From: Candidatus Omnitrophota bacterium
Lineage (GTDB): Bacteria > Omnitrophota > Gorgyraeia > Duberdicusellales > 4484-171
DNA: 64,000 nt
Assembly: GCA_028713415.1 (NCBI GenBank)
Contig: JAQTOI010000001.1
Coordinates: forward strand, 18,651 to 82,650
Direction of reading: 5' to 3'
In this document: positions 26,749 through 36,384 of the stretch, one piece after another
Numbering within the stretch: the first letter of the stretch is position 1
Layout: each line of letters starts with the position of its first letter
Made by a program: the position numbers and the translations under genes
Notes under the pieces: model-generated
What the model saw: only the letters and a program-made list of their open reading frames with translations
The model's database searches: none
Told to the model about the DNA's origin: nothing

Positions 26749-28479
26749 ATGAAAATAGCACTGGTAGAAAGAGAAGACAGTTTCAACGCGGATGGTTTCG
26801 ATAAAATTATCCCTTTCTGCAGACATAACTACACAAATCAGGATAATTTGATTGAATTGTCTGAAATTTTTAAGATTTCTGACGATATCCATTCTGGTTT
26901 ACAGGGCTGGATGGATCAAAACAAAACGGAAGTAAATTTCGTCTATTTAGGAGCCGATATCTTACAGGCTTACGGCGCAAACATTTTTGAATATCTTTTC
27001 AATTTTTATCCAAAGGTGTACGCTCTTAAAAAAGTACTAAAGAAAGAATCCCCCGCGCAATTATGGATATCAAGCCCCGAAGCTGAACCCAGCTTAGAAA
27101 ACCCTTACCTTAATCAATTTATAGCTGATTTTCTTCCCGATAGCGTTGCGCTCAAGTATTTTGAATATCATAAGAAACCTGCTTCAGGAGCCCGTAAGCC
27201 GAAAAATCATACCTTGCGATCTATCAGGTTTATGTTAGATCTGATACGCAAACTCTCAAACGCAATCAGCCAGAACAAAAAAAACGATATTTTGATATGC
27301 TCTGACATGAGCAGGGTTAAAACTTTGTTAAAGCATCTTAAGCGTTCGGGCGTAATTTTCATACGAGAAGATTTTCCCGAAAGGCTTATCTTTCCTCTTT
27401 GTCTTGAGTCCATTAACCTTAAATTATTTTCAGATTTTAAAATATCAGGGTTTCAAGAAAAAGAAATTTCCGCAAAACGTATTGCTTTTATAGAGAAACT
27501 ATCACAAACAACAAGTAAATGCATTGTAGGAGGGTTAGACCTTACGCCATATGTTAAGAAATATCTTACCACGCTTTGGCAAAGGGAGCTGCTGCGTACG
27601 TTAGAGAGAGTTTGTCAAATGCATTCTCTGTTTAAGATTTTTCAAATAAAATCTTTACTGGTTGATGAGGACATAACAGTTCAAAAAAACTTGTTGGTCC
27701 AAGTTTCTAAGAACTATCACTGCAAATCTTATGTTAGCTGTCACGGCGACCCGTTTTACAAAATAGGAACAGTGCCCTTAACTGCCGACTATATATTGGC
27801 ATGGGGCGCTTATCAGAAAAATTTATTTATTAAATGGGGCCTAAGCGAAAACAAAATTCTTATTACCGGCAGCCTAAAGTATGACCAATATAAAAATATG
27901 CCCGCTCAAGAGGCAAAGAGGAGAATATGCAAAGATTTAAAATTGATATATTCAAAACAGGTGCTGCTGATTATCCCTTACCCCCTTAACTATAAAAGTA
28001 TAGTTTGGGAAAATTATTTTTGGCTTGAAAATAAGCGGATAGCAAGCGTTGCGAGCGCTTTTAAAGACCTGCAGATCGTCATAAAAGTTCATCCTTGTGA
28101 TATAAATGTATCTGAATGGTGTGCTCTGGCAGAAAGCCTGGGTATAAAACAAACAAATGTTTTAAAGAATTATGACCCATTGCTGTTGGCCAAGGGCGTT
28201 GATTTGTTGGCGGTGAGCCTATCTACGTTTGCGATCGATGGTATGGCTTATAAAAAACCAGTGATTTTGACAGATGGGTATAGTATGGAAAAGTATCAAA
28301 CATTAAATATATTCTATGACGGTACCACCGGGGAAAAACTTAAGAATTCCATCAGCGGCATTTTGAATGGCTCATATAAGAACCATATTGTTAATTGGCA
28401 GGCGGCAGCGGATTATATGCTTAATGGTATGGGAGATAGAATTTCTCAGACAATAATGGAGATATTAGAGCAACGATAG
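26749..28479 (+). CDS. GT-B-like TagF/KpsS-family protein, candidate nonulosonic-acid (pseudaminyl) or polyol-phosphate transferase
   Basis: 576 aa. C-terminal region has TagF-like blocks (VLLIIPYP...IVIKVHP...DPLLLAKGVDLLAVSLSTFAIDGMAYKKPVILTD), resembling the KxHP and D..L...D.LITDYSS motifs. Sits directly after pseI. Confidence 0.35.
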   Translation: MKIALVEREDSFNADGFDKIIPFCRHNYTNQDNLIELSEIFKISDDIHSGLQGWMDQNKTEVNFVYLGADILQAYGANIFEYLFNFYPKVYALKKVLKKESPAQLWISSPEAEPSLENPYLNQFIADFLPDSVALKYFEYHKKPASGARKPKNHTLRSIRFMLDLIRKLSNAISQNKKNDILICSDMSRVKTLLKHLKRSGVIFIREDFPERLIFPLCLESINLKLFSDFKISGFQEKEISAKRIAFIEKLSQTTSKCIVGGLDLTPYVKKYLTTLWQRELLRTLERVCQMHSLFKIFQIKSLLVDEDITVQKNLLVQVSKNYHCKSYVSCHGDPFYKIGTVPLTADYILAWGAYQKNLFIKWGLSENKILITGSLKYDQYKNMPAQEAKRRICKDLKLIYSKQVLLIIPYPLNYKSIVWENYFWLENKRIASVASAFKDLQIVIKVHPCDINVSEWCALAESLGIKQTNVLKNYDPLLLAKGVDLLAVSLSTFAIDGMAYKKPVILTDGYSMEKYQTLNIFYDGTTGEKLKNSISGILNGSYKNHIVNWQAAADYMLNGMGDRISQTIMEILEQR

Positions 28480-28577
28480 AAATGCAGCGTTGCGTTGTGA
28501 ATCATAATAATCTTTTGAAAATCTATTCTATATAAATAAAGTTAAAGCCAATAAAAAAAGGTAAGCGCGGATGCATC

Positions 28578-30062
28578 GTGATTTCTATGGATTATCTAAG
28601 TAAAGAAAAAATAGTAAAAGATACCACGAAGTATTCTCTCGCTACGATTGCCTCGCAGGCCATAGGGGTAATTACGAGCGTATTGTTAAGAAAATTGCTC
28701 GATCCCTCCCTGATGGGAATTTGGACTGGCCTTATGATTGTTCTAAATTACGGCCTTTATGCGGATTTTGGACTATTTTCGGCGGCTACAGTAAAAATTC
28801 CTTATTATAAAGGGAAAAAAGAAAAGCATAAAATCGAAAAAATAATGAATCTATCGTTCACCGTTAGCATTGTCGCGGTAATTTTATTAGCGGCTATGCT
28901 CATTATTGTTTCATTTTTTCTCGGAAAGACTTTTTCCCTACCCGTTATTACCGGGATAAGAATAGTTTCTTTTATTATGATTGCGACCATCCTGTATAAT
29001 TTCAATATCGTTATGTTGCGTGCGAACAAACAATTCACAATGTTAAGTAAAGTTGAAATTTTTAATTCTGCCGTTACCCTTGTTACAGTAATTTTGCTTG
29101 TCACCTTTTTTAAATTGTATGGATTATATTACGGGACTTTGCTGGCAGTGATAGCGAGTTTTTTATATAGTAAATCAATATCACATTACGATTTAAAATT
29201 ATATTTTGATATAAAGGAACTATCCCAACTCATAAAAGTCGGCTTACCTCTTGCGGCATATGGATTCTCATTCACCATATTGATCAGCTTGGACAAAATA
29301 GTAATTGCAAAAGCAATTGGAGCCAAGGATCTCGGATTTTATTCCATAGCGGTATTAGCATTTACTTACGCCCTGACATTTTCTAAACTGTTTGGTATTG
29401 TCACTTTACCGAGCATACAGGAAAGCTATGGAGAGACCGGTTCTATCAAACATATAATGCGTTATGTTAAAAAGCCTACCTTAATATTAGCGTATCTTTT
29501 ACCTTTACTTTTGGCTTTTGCGTATTTTATGATTCCTTTTTTAGTGCATTATTTTCTACCTAAGTATAGAGAAGGTATTACCAGTATGAAGATTATTTTA
29601 GGGGGATGTTTTTTTATCTCCCTGACATATTTAGCGCAGAATTTTTTAACCGCGTTGGATAAACAGATCCAAATGATACCTTTTGCATGTATTGCTGCCG
29701 CAGCAGGGTTGGTACTCGATTACATTTTTATAAAAATGAATATGGGCATAACAGGAGTTGCCCTGGGGACTTCAATATCATTTTTTATTTTCTTTTTTAT
29801 TATCATGGTCCACACACTGAAGCATTGCGATACTTCTATTGAAATTTCAGGATTTTTTGTGAATATTATTCTTATTTTTATATATTCATTCGGCTTGCTG
29901 TTTTTGGTTGAAAAGTATGTTCTAATAGACCGGTTTTTTTTAAAAACATTAGTTCATATGGTCTTGTTTTATCTCTGTTATCTGCCTGCTGTATTATTCA
30001 TTATCAGAGATAAGCCGACGAAAGAATTTTTGTTTCGTTTAAAAGCAAGCTTGGCATGTTAA
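28578..30062 (+). CDS. Wzx-type polysaccharide flippase (MOP/oligosaccharide flippase family)
   Basis: 494 aa, about 12-14 TM. Polysacc_synt-like N-terminal TM1-2 pattern. GTG at 28578 or ATG at 28587. Confidence 0.65.
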   Translation: MISMDYLSKEKIVKDTTKYSLATIASQAIGVITSVLLRKLLDPSLMGIWTGLMIVLNYGLYADFGLFSAATVKIPYYKGKKEKHKIEKIMNLSFTVSIVAVILLAAMLIIVSFFLGKTFSLPVITGIRIVSFIMIATILYNFNIVMLRANKQFTMLSKVEIFNSAVTLVTVILLVTFFKLYGLYYGTLLAVIASFLYSKSISHYDLKLYFDIKELSQLIKVGLPLAAYGFSFTILISLDKIVIAKAIGAKDLGFYSIAVLAFTYALTFSKLFGIVTLPSIQESYGETGSIKHIMRYVKKPTLILAYLLPLLLAFAYFMIPFLVHYFLPKYREGITSMKIILGGCFFISLTYLAQNFLTALDKQIQMIPFACIAAAAGLVLDYIFIKMNMGITGVALGTSISFFIFFFIIMVHTLKHCDTSIEISGFFVNIILIFIYSFGLLFLVEKYVLIDRFFLKTLVHMVLFYLCYLPAVLFIIRDKPTKEFLFRLKASLAC

Positions 30063-30126
30063 GATATAGCAAAAAAGCGCGTTGCCGTGCGTTTTTGAGG
30101 CAATAAGATAAACAGGTATTGATGAT

Positions 30127-30783
30127 ATGGGTATTTATACTTTAGAGAAAGAAAAAGTATATTATAGTTCTGATAGGAGAGAGATCGCCGCCATATTTAC
30201 GAATAGCGTCTCAAGCGTTCTGGACGTCGGCTGCGGTCAGGGTTTCTTAGGAAAAGTGCTTAAAGCCAAGGGTATAAAAAAAGTTACGGGAATAGAGGTT
30301 AATTGCGAAGCGGCAGAGATTGCCAAAAGAAACATCGATGAGGTGATTGTCGCTGACATTGAAAACACTGTTTTTAAATTCCCGGCTGGTTCCTTTGACG
30401 CCATTATCTTTGCTGATGTTCTTGAACATTTAATAAATCCATGGCAGGTTCTTGAGAAATTTAAAATATTCCTTAAGGAAGACGGTTTTTTTCTAATAAG
30501 CATCCCTAATATAAGATATTATAGGGTATTGCTTAATCTAATCTTAAAGGGAAAATTTCAATATGAGGACCAGGGCATACTTGATATAACGCACCTTCGT
30601 TTTTTTACCTTTAAAATGCTTAAAAAATACATGAAAGATATTGATTTCGAAATTATAAGAGTTAAGCGAAATTTTTCAGGATATATCAGCTGGTTATTTA
30701 ATATGGTTTTATTCAATGCACTTGCAGATTTTTTCACTCGGCAGTATATCGTTTTAGCAAAGCACAAAAAACATGACAGATAA
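30127..30783 (+). CDS. Class I SAM-dependent methyltransferase
   Basis: 218 aa. Motif I VLDVGCGQGFLGKVL. Post-I acidic residue and FADVLEHL. Confidence 0.7.
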   Translation: MGIYTLEKEKVYYSSDRREIAAIFTNSVSSVLDVGCGQGFLGKVLKAKGIKKVTGIEVNCEAAEIAKRNIDEVIVADIENTVFKFPAGSFDAIIFADVLEHLINPWQVLEKFKIFLKEDGFFLISIPNIRYYRVLLNLILKGKFQYEDQGILDITHLRFFTFKMLKKYMKDIDFEIIRVKRNFSGYISWLFNMVLFNALADFFTRQYIVLAKHKKHDR

Positions 30784-31567
30784 CTATCAAAATATTACTT
30801 CAGAAACCAAAAAAGCCTGGGAACTAAACTGGAGTAATATAGAACAGCGGGAAATTACTGAAATATTTAATTACCCCAGGGTAAAAAAGCAAATTGAGAT
30901 TTATCTGACGTATTTGCCAAAAAATGGCCTGGTGCTGGAAGCCGGATGCGGCCTTGGCCAATGGGCGCGTTATCTTAGCGATAGAGGATATAAGATGATA
31001 GGAATAGATTACAATTACAAAACAATAGAAAAAGCTAAAAATTTTAATCAGGATTTACCGTTAGGGGTTGCGGATGTGAGCAAGCTGCCGTTTCTCGATA
31101 AGAGTATTACTGCTTACCTTTCTTTTGGCGTGATTGAGCATTTCATAGAGGGTCCAGATGCCTCTTTACAGGAGGCTTATAGAGTTCTTGAAGAAAAAGG
31201 CATTGCCATTATAACTGTCCCTCATAAAAGTATTTTTATTATTCTTAAAAGCCCTCTTGTTGCAATAAAAAGATCGGCTGTTCTGCGCAGAATATTTTTC
31301 AAAAAAAATAAAGCGTATTATTATCAGCGATATTTTACGAGAAAAGAATTAACGGATAAATTTAATTCGCTCGGTTTTAGAATCGTTTCCTATAAGCCTA
31401 TAGACCATATATTCTCGCTTGTAGAATTTTCGGGAATTTTCAGGGATAAAAAAACTTACGACGGGGAGAACGCATTGGCCGTAAAGATAGGAAATTTTTT
31501 AGAGAGAGCGTTTCCTTTATTGTGTGCGGGCAGTAACTTATTTGTATTGCAAAAGAATGATAATTAA
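30773..31567 (+). CDS. Class I SAM-dependent methyltransferase
   Basis: 264 aa. VLEAGCGLGQWARYL...GIDYNY...FGVIEHF. Confidence 0.7.
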   Translation: MTDNYQNITSETKKAWELNWSNIEQREITEIFNYPRVKKQIEIYLTYLPKNGLVLEAGCGLGQWARYLSDRGYKMIGIDYNYKTIEKAKNFNQDLPLGVADVSKLPFLDKSITAYLSFGVIEHFIEGPDASLQEAYRVLEEKGIAIITVPHKSIFIILKSPLVAIKRSAVLRRIFFKKNKAYYYQRYFTRKELTDKFNSLGFRIVSYKPIDHIFSLVEFSGIFRDKKTYDGENALAVKIGNFLERAFPLLCAGSNLFVLQKNDN

Positions 31568-31582
31568 AAAGTGGGGTGAAAA

Positions 31583-32524
31583 ATGAAGCTTATAATTCAA
31601 ATTCCCTGTTATAACGAAGAAGAAACACTTCCTTTAGTATTGCGGGATTTACCAAAAAAGATTGATGGTGTAGATAAAATTGAAATACTCGTTATTAATG
31701 ATGGTAGCACGGATAAAACCGTAGAAGTTGCTCGTTCTTTAGGTGTGCACCATATTTTTATCCTTCCAAAACAAAGAGGCCTTGCGTATGTATTTAAGAC
31801 AGGATTGGAAAAGGCGCTTGAGCTTGGCGCTGACATAATTGTTAATACTGATGGAGATAACCAGTACAAGGGTGAATGTATAAAAGATCTGATTTACCCC
31901 ATAATTAAGCAAAATGCCCAAATAGTTATTGGCTGTAGGAACATATCTGAAATTAAACATTTTTCCTTTATCAAGAAATGCCTGCAGTATTTAGGAAGCC
32001 ATATCATAAGGAAAATTTCTAATACCGATATACCCGATACTACAAGTGGCTTCCGCGCTTATTCGCGCGAAGCCGCAATGAGAATAAACATATTCTCAGA
32101 TTATACCTATACACTGGAAACGATAATCCAGGCCGGAAGGAATAACCTGCACATTGCATTTGTTAAAATAGCAACTAACCCAAAATTAAGGGAATCGCGG
32201 CTTATAAAAAGCACCTTTAGGTATCTGGTGCGTTCCGCAGCCACAGCGCTTAGAATATACTTAATGTACGAACCGCTTAGGACATTTTTTTTCATAGGCA
32301 TTTTTCCCATTGTCGGCGGAGGCATCTTTATCGTCCGCTTTTTGATAGATCATTTCACTCGGCCCAGCGGCGGGCATATCCAATCTTTAATAATTGCAGC
32401 TATAGCTATTATTATGGGATTTGTGACAATTATGATAGGCCTTTTGGGAGACATTATTTCGGCAAACCGCAAACTGAATGAAGAAATTTTATATAAGTTA
32501 AAAAAAGAAAATTTAAAAATGTAG
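31583..32524 (+). CDS. GT2 polyprenyl-phosphate glycosyltransferase with C-terminal TM anchor (GtrB/ArnC-like)
   Basis: 313 aa. KLIIQIPCYNEEETL...LVINDGSTDKT...NTDGDNQ (DxD). Two C-terminal TM helices, as in GtrB. Confidence 0.7.
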   Translation: MKLIIQIPCYNEEETLPLVLRDLPKKIDGVDKIEILVINDGSTDKTVEVARSLGVHHIFILPKQRGLAYVFKTGLEKALELGADIIVNTDGDNQYKGECIKDLIYPIIKQNAQIVIGCRNISEIKHFSFIKKCLQYLGSHIIRKISNTDIPDTTSGFRAYSREAAMRINIFSDYTYTLETIIQAGRNNLHIAFVKIATNPKLRESRLIKSTFRYLVRSAATALRIYLMYEPLRTFFFIGIFPIVGGGIFIVRFLIDHFTRPSGGHIQSLIIAAIAIIMGFVTIMIGLLGDIISANRKLNEEILYKLKKENLKM

Positions 32525-32539
32525 AAGAAACAAAGAATA

Positions 32540-32570
32540 GGCGTTTTCGGTTTTAAAACCACCGCCTTTT
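32540..32570 (+). terminator. Rho-independent terminator-like hairpin: GGCG-ttttc-GGTTTTAAAACC-ac-CGCC followed by TTTT
   Basis: Read directly, 16 nt after the GT2 stop. Perfect palindrome GGTTTT/AAAACC nested in GGCG/CGCC, then a T4 run. Confidence 0.5.
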
Positions 32571-32651
32571 GGGATAATGACAATTGTAGACCATTTGGCA
32601 TAGATTATAACGAGCAATATTTTTTAAGATGGACTAACCACGGGTTATTTT

Positions 32652-33749
32652 ATGATACATATTTTTATCGGCACAAAAGCCCAGTATATAAAAACAGCAC
32701 CTTTGATACGATTGCTGGATGAAAAGGGGATTGAATATAACCTTATCGATAGCGGTCAACATGCGGCTTTTTCAAAAGAAGTAAGGCCGCATCTTGCCAT
32801 AAGGAATCCCGATATATATTTAAGAAGAAATAATGATATTGATACTATATTGGATGCTATTTTATGGATGGGTAAAACTTTGGCTCAAATAATTTTTAAG
32901 CCGAAATTTATAAAAAAAAATATTTTTAAGGATAAAAAAGGCATATGCATTGTTCACGGCGATACGCCATCAACGCTGCTGGCAGTTTTGATGGCTAAAA
33001 GAGCAGGATTAAAAGTTGCCCATATAGAAGCAGGGTTAAGATCATATAACTATTTTGATCCATTCCCGGAAGAATTGGTACGTGTGATATCAATGAAATT
33101 GTCGGATTATTTGTTTATCCCCAGTGAGGAAGCAGCACATAATGTTGAAAAGATGAAATGCAAGGGAAAAAAAATTAAATTAGGGGTTAATACAAATATA
33201 GAATCCTTGCACTATGCGTTAGCACTGGCAAAGGGTGAGTGCAATCTGAAAAAGCCGTACGCTCTTTTGACATTTCACAGAGTTGAGACACTTACGAATA
33301 GTAAACGGATAAAATTTATAATCAGATTGATTAACCACATAACCACGCTTATGCCCGTGGTTTTTATAACGCATACATGTACTAAAAAAGCATTAATTAG
33401 ATTGCATATGCTCAACGATTTTACGCAGAACGAAAAAATTATAATTAAAGAATTAGTTTCGCATTGCGAATTTCTGCAATATTTGAAAAGCTGCGATTTT
33501 ATACTTACCGACGGAGGCAGCATTCAAGAGGAAGCTTACTATTTAAATAAGCCGTGCCTTATACTAAGGAAGCGAACAGAAAGGCCAGAAGGTTTGGATG
33601 AGAATGCAGTAGTTTCTAATTTTAACTTTGAAGAAAATATTTCTTTTGTTAAAAGGTATAGAGAGTTTAAGAGAAAAAGCGCTGTGGAAAATATTCACCC
33701 ATCTCAGATAATTCTTGAAACTCTAAAAGGATATGCTCAAGTAAATTAA
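32652..33749 (+). CDS. wecB: UDP-N-acetylglucosamine 2-epimerase (non-hydrolysing), WecB/MnaA family
   Basis: 365 aa. MIHIFIGTKAQYIKTAPLIRLL...VHGDTPSTLLAVLMAKRAGLKVAHIEAGLRS is the Epimerase_2 signature. Confidence 0.8.
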   Translation: MIHIFIGTKAQYIKTAPLIRLLDEKGIEYNLIDSGQHAAFSKEVRPHLAIRNPDIYLRRNNDIDTILDAILWMGKTLAQIIFKPKFIKKNIFKDKKGICIVHGDTPSTLLAVLMAKRAGLKVAHIEAGLRSYNYFDPFPEELVRVISMKLSDYLFIPSEEAAHNVEKMKCKGKKIKLGVNTNIESLHYALALAKGECNLKKPYALLTFHRVETLTNSKRIKFIIRLINHITTLMPVVFITHTCTKKALIRLHMLNDFTQNEKIIIKELVSHCEFLQYLKSCDFILTDGGSIQEEAYYLNKPCLILRKRTERPEGLDENAVVSNFNFEENISFVKRYREFKRKSAVENIHPSQIILETLKGYAQVN

Positions 33750-33752
33750 ATA

Positions 33753-34595
33753 ATGAAGATAGAATCGGGAATTCCAATTATCGCTGATTATAATAAATTG
33801 ATAAAATCAGATTTATTCAAAGACATGGAATTGTCTTCGGATAAATTTATTCGGCAACATAGTGCTTATATGAAAAGATACAGATGGCATTGGGTAGCCG
33901 ATCCATTGCACCAATGGGGTAGACAATGGGAGTATCCTTTTGTATATAGTCGCCTCGAGGATTGTCTACGCAATAAAGCAGAAAAAAATGCAACGATATT
34001 GGATGCTGGTTCCGGAGCCACATTCTTTCCTTATTATTGCGCCGGAAAGTTCCCGGATTCCAGTATTTTTTGTTGTGATTATGATAAAACTCTGGAAAAA
34101 ACTTTTGCGAGAATAAATAGAACAGAGAAAAGCACGGTTGATTTTAAACAGGCGGATATACGTCATTTACCGTTTGAAAACAGTTATTTTGATGTTATTT
34201 ATTGCATCTCAGTTTTAGAGCACACATCTGATTATTCGACTGTTTTAAAAGAGTTTAAGCGTGTGCTAAAGCCCGGAGGGCTGTTTGTGATAACCTTTGA
34301 TGTTTCGCTCGATGGCTTTGCTGATATTCCGATAGATATTGCAGACAAATTGCTTTGCGAAATTGTAAAAAATTTTGAAGGCGCGCAGGTACCTGACGTT
34401 CAGAAGATTGCAACGTTGTTACAACGAAAGGAACAGAGGCTTACCACTGAATACATCTACTGTACCGATCGAAAACTTTTACCTTGGAAATATCCTGCTT
34501 TGTCTGCAATAAAAACCAGTTTACTTAAACGAAAATTTCCTACCAAACTATTCAAGAACATTACTTGCTACTGTTTATCGGTTATAAAAAAATAA
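33753..34595 (+). CDS. Class I SAM-dependent methyltransferase
   Basis: 280 aa. ILDAGSGATFFPYY...VLKPGGLFVITFD. Confidence 0.65.
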   Translation: MKIESGIPIIADYNKLIKSDLFKDMELSSDKFIRQHSAYMKRYRWHWVADPLHQWGRQWEYPFVYSRLEDCLRNKAEKNATILDAGSGATFFPYYCAGKFPDSSIFCCDYDKTLEKTFARINRTEKSTVDFKQADIRHLPFENSYFDVIYCISVLEHTSDYSTVLKEFKRVLKPGGLFVITFDVSLDGFADIPIDIADKLLCEIVKNFEGAQVPDVQKIATLLQRKEQRLTTEYIYCTDRKLLPWKYPALSAIKTSLLKRKFPTKLFKNITCYCLSVIKK

Positions 34596-34598
34596 TAT

Positions 34599-35543
34599 AT
34601 GAAGGTTGAGATATTCATACTTAATTATAACGGTCGAGAGTTGCTAAGCGAATGCTTGCCGTCCATCAGGGATGCCTCTTGCAGAAGCAAGTATAAACCA
34701 AGGGTAATAGTTGTGGATAATCAGAGCAATGATGGAAGTTATGAATTTGTAAGTGATAATTTTGCGGACATTGACTTTAAAAAAATGAAGCAGAACAGGG
34801 TCCTGTGCTCCTTTAATGATGTCCTTGCGGAATCCGATGCCGATATTGCATTTCTTTTAAATAATGATATTACTGTAAAACAGGAATTCATAGACCCTAT
34901 TATTGATATATTTGAAAAAGATCCAAAGACTTTTATGGTGGCACCAAAATTTTACAAGCGTGACGAAAAGGAATTAGAATGTATATGGTTTGTACCTCAT
35001 TTCCGGGCGGGTGTATTTAATGCTTTTTCCGCCCATAAGATTGGATTTTCCGATGATAATAATGTCTGCTACACGTTTCAATGCGGCATCGCCGCCTTTG
35101 ACAGGAAAAAATTTCTTCAATTATCGGGATACGATGATATATACTTGCCCGGCAGGCTGGAAGATTCGGATATCTGTTTCAGGGCATGGAAAAAAGGGTA
35201 TAAGTGTTATTACCAGCCTAAAAGCATAGGGTTTCATAAAGAAATGGCTAGTTTTAAGAAAAGATTCAGCATGAAGGAAATATTAACCTTAAGTCACCGC
35301 AACACGTATATTTTTATGTGGAAAAACATCACGGATCCGGCAATTCTTGCAAAACATTTTTTGCTGTTGATTCCAAGGTTTGGATATGCACTCTTGACCT
35401 TTAAAATAGAAATCATAGCCGGATTTTTCCAGGCTCTTGGAAAAATTAGATTAATATTGCAGAAAAGAAAAACAGCAAGAAAGAATTTTCTGCTCAAAGA
35501 TAGGGAAGTATTCGCCCTTTTTACCGGTGAAAGAAAATGGTAG
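34599..35543 (+). CDS. GT2 family glycosyltransferase (rhamnosyltransferase/WbbL-like)
   Basis: 314 aa. VEIFILNYNGRELL...VVDNQSNDGS...LLNNDITV. Confidence 0.65.
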   Translation: MKVEIFILNYNGRELLSECLPSIRDASCRSKYKPRVIVVDNQSNDGSYEFVSDNFADIDFKKMKQNRVLCSFNDVLAESDADIAFLLNNDITVKQEFIDPIIDIFEKDPKTFMVAPKFYKRDEKELECIWFVPHFRAGVFNAFSAHKIGFSDDNNVCYTFQCGIAAFDRKKFLQLSGYDDIYLPGRLEDSDICFRAWKKGYKCYYQPKSIGFHKEMASFKKRFSMKEILTLSHRNTYIFMWKNITDPAILAKHFLLLIPRFGYALLTFKIEIIAGFFQALGKIRLILQKRKTARKNFLLKDREVFALFTGERKW

Positions 35544-36274
35544 AAAATATTTTTTTAAAATTAATAAAAGACCCGTTTGGTTTTATTAAAAGGGGATTGT
35601 ATAAAACCATAATCGCGCCTTTTAAATATGGCAAGGGTAATGATTACGATGCCAAGAGCTATTGGAATGATAGGTTTAGAAAATACGATCATGCCTTACG
35701 AGGAGTGGGCGACGAGGGTTTGTCTGAAGAAGAGAACAAAAAAGCATACGAAGAGGCGGCAGGAGTATTTAGGGGGCTGTGCTTACAGGAAAATATTGAT
35801 TTCAATAATATAAACGTCCTGGAAATAGGCTGTGGCACAGGTTTCTACACGCAGATACTTCATGGCTTGGGCGTACAACACTATACGGGAGTTGATATAA
35901 CGGATGCATTATTCTCCGGGCTCGCTAAAAAATTTTCAAAATATACCTTTATCATGAAAGATATTACCGCGGATACGATAGAAGGCAAATTCGGATTGGT
36001 CGTAATGATAGATGTAATTGAGCACATAGTTATTGAATCTAAATTTTCCGCTGCAATGGAAAATGTAAAAAAGTGTTTATCCGGCGACGGCATTTTTATA
36101 TTAGCGCCTATAATGCACGAGAGCAAACGGCATCTTTTTCATACGCGGTCATACTCATCGGATGACATAAAAAGGGAATTCCCTGGTTATGTTTTTAGCA
36201 AATTAACTCCGTTTCGCGGCAGTTACATAGTATCAATAAGGAAGCAGGGTGGGGATGTAGTGAACGAGAAATAA
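35537..36274 (+). CDS. Class I SAM-dependent methyltransferase
   Basis: 245 aa. VLEIGCGTGFYTQIL...VVMIDVIEHI. Confidence 0.65.
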   Translation: MVENIFLKLIKDPFGFIKRGLYKTIIAPFKYGKGNDYDAKSYWNDRFRKYDHALRGVGDEGLSEEENKKAYEEAAGVFRGLCLQENIDFNNINVLEIGCGTGFYTQILHGLGVQHYTGVDITDALFSGLAKKFSKYTFIMKDITADTIEGKFGLVVMIDVIEHIVIESKFSAAMENVKKCLSGDGIFILAPIMHESKRHLFHTRSYSSDDIKREFPGYVFSKLTPFRGSYIVSIRKQGGDVVNEK

Positions 36275-36384
36275 GAAATTGCGGTAGCAAAGAAAGGCAA
36301 CAACAGTAAGCGCTATTTTTATTCGGAAGTAATGGTATAATCGAAATTGCTTCATAAATAATATGTACAAAAAAATATTTCAAT

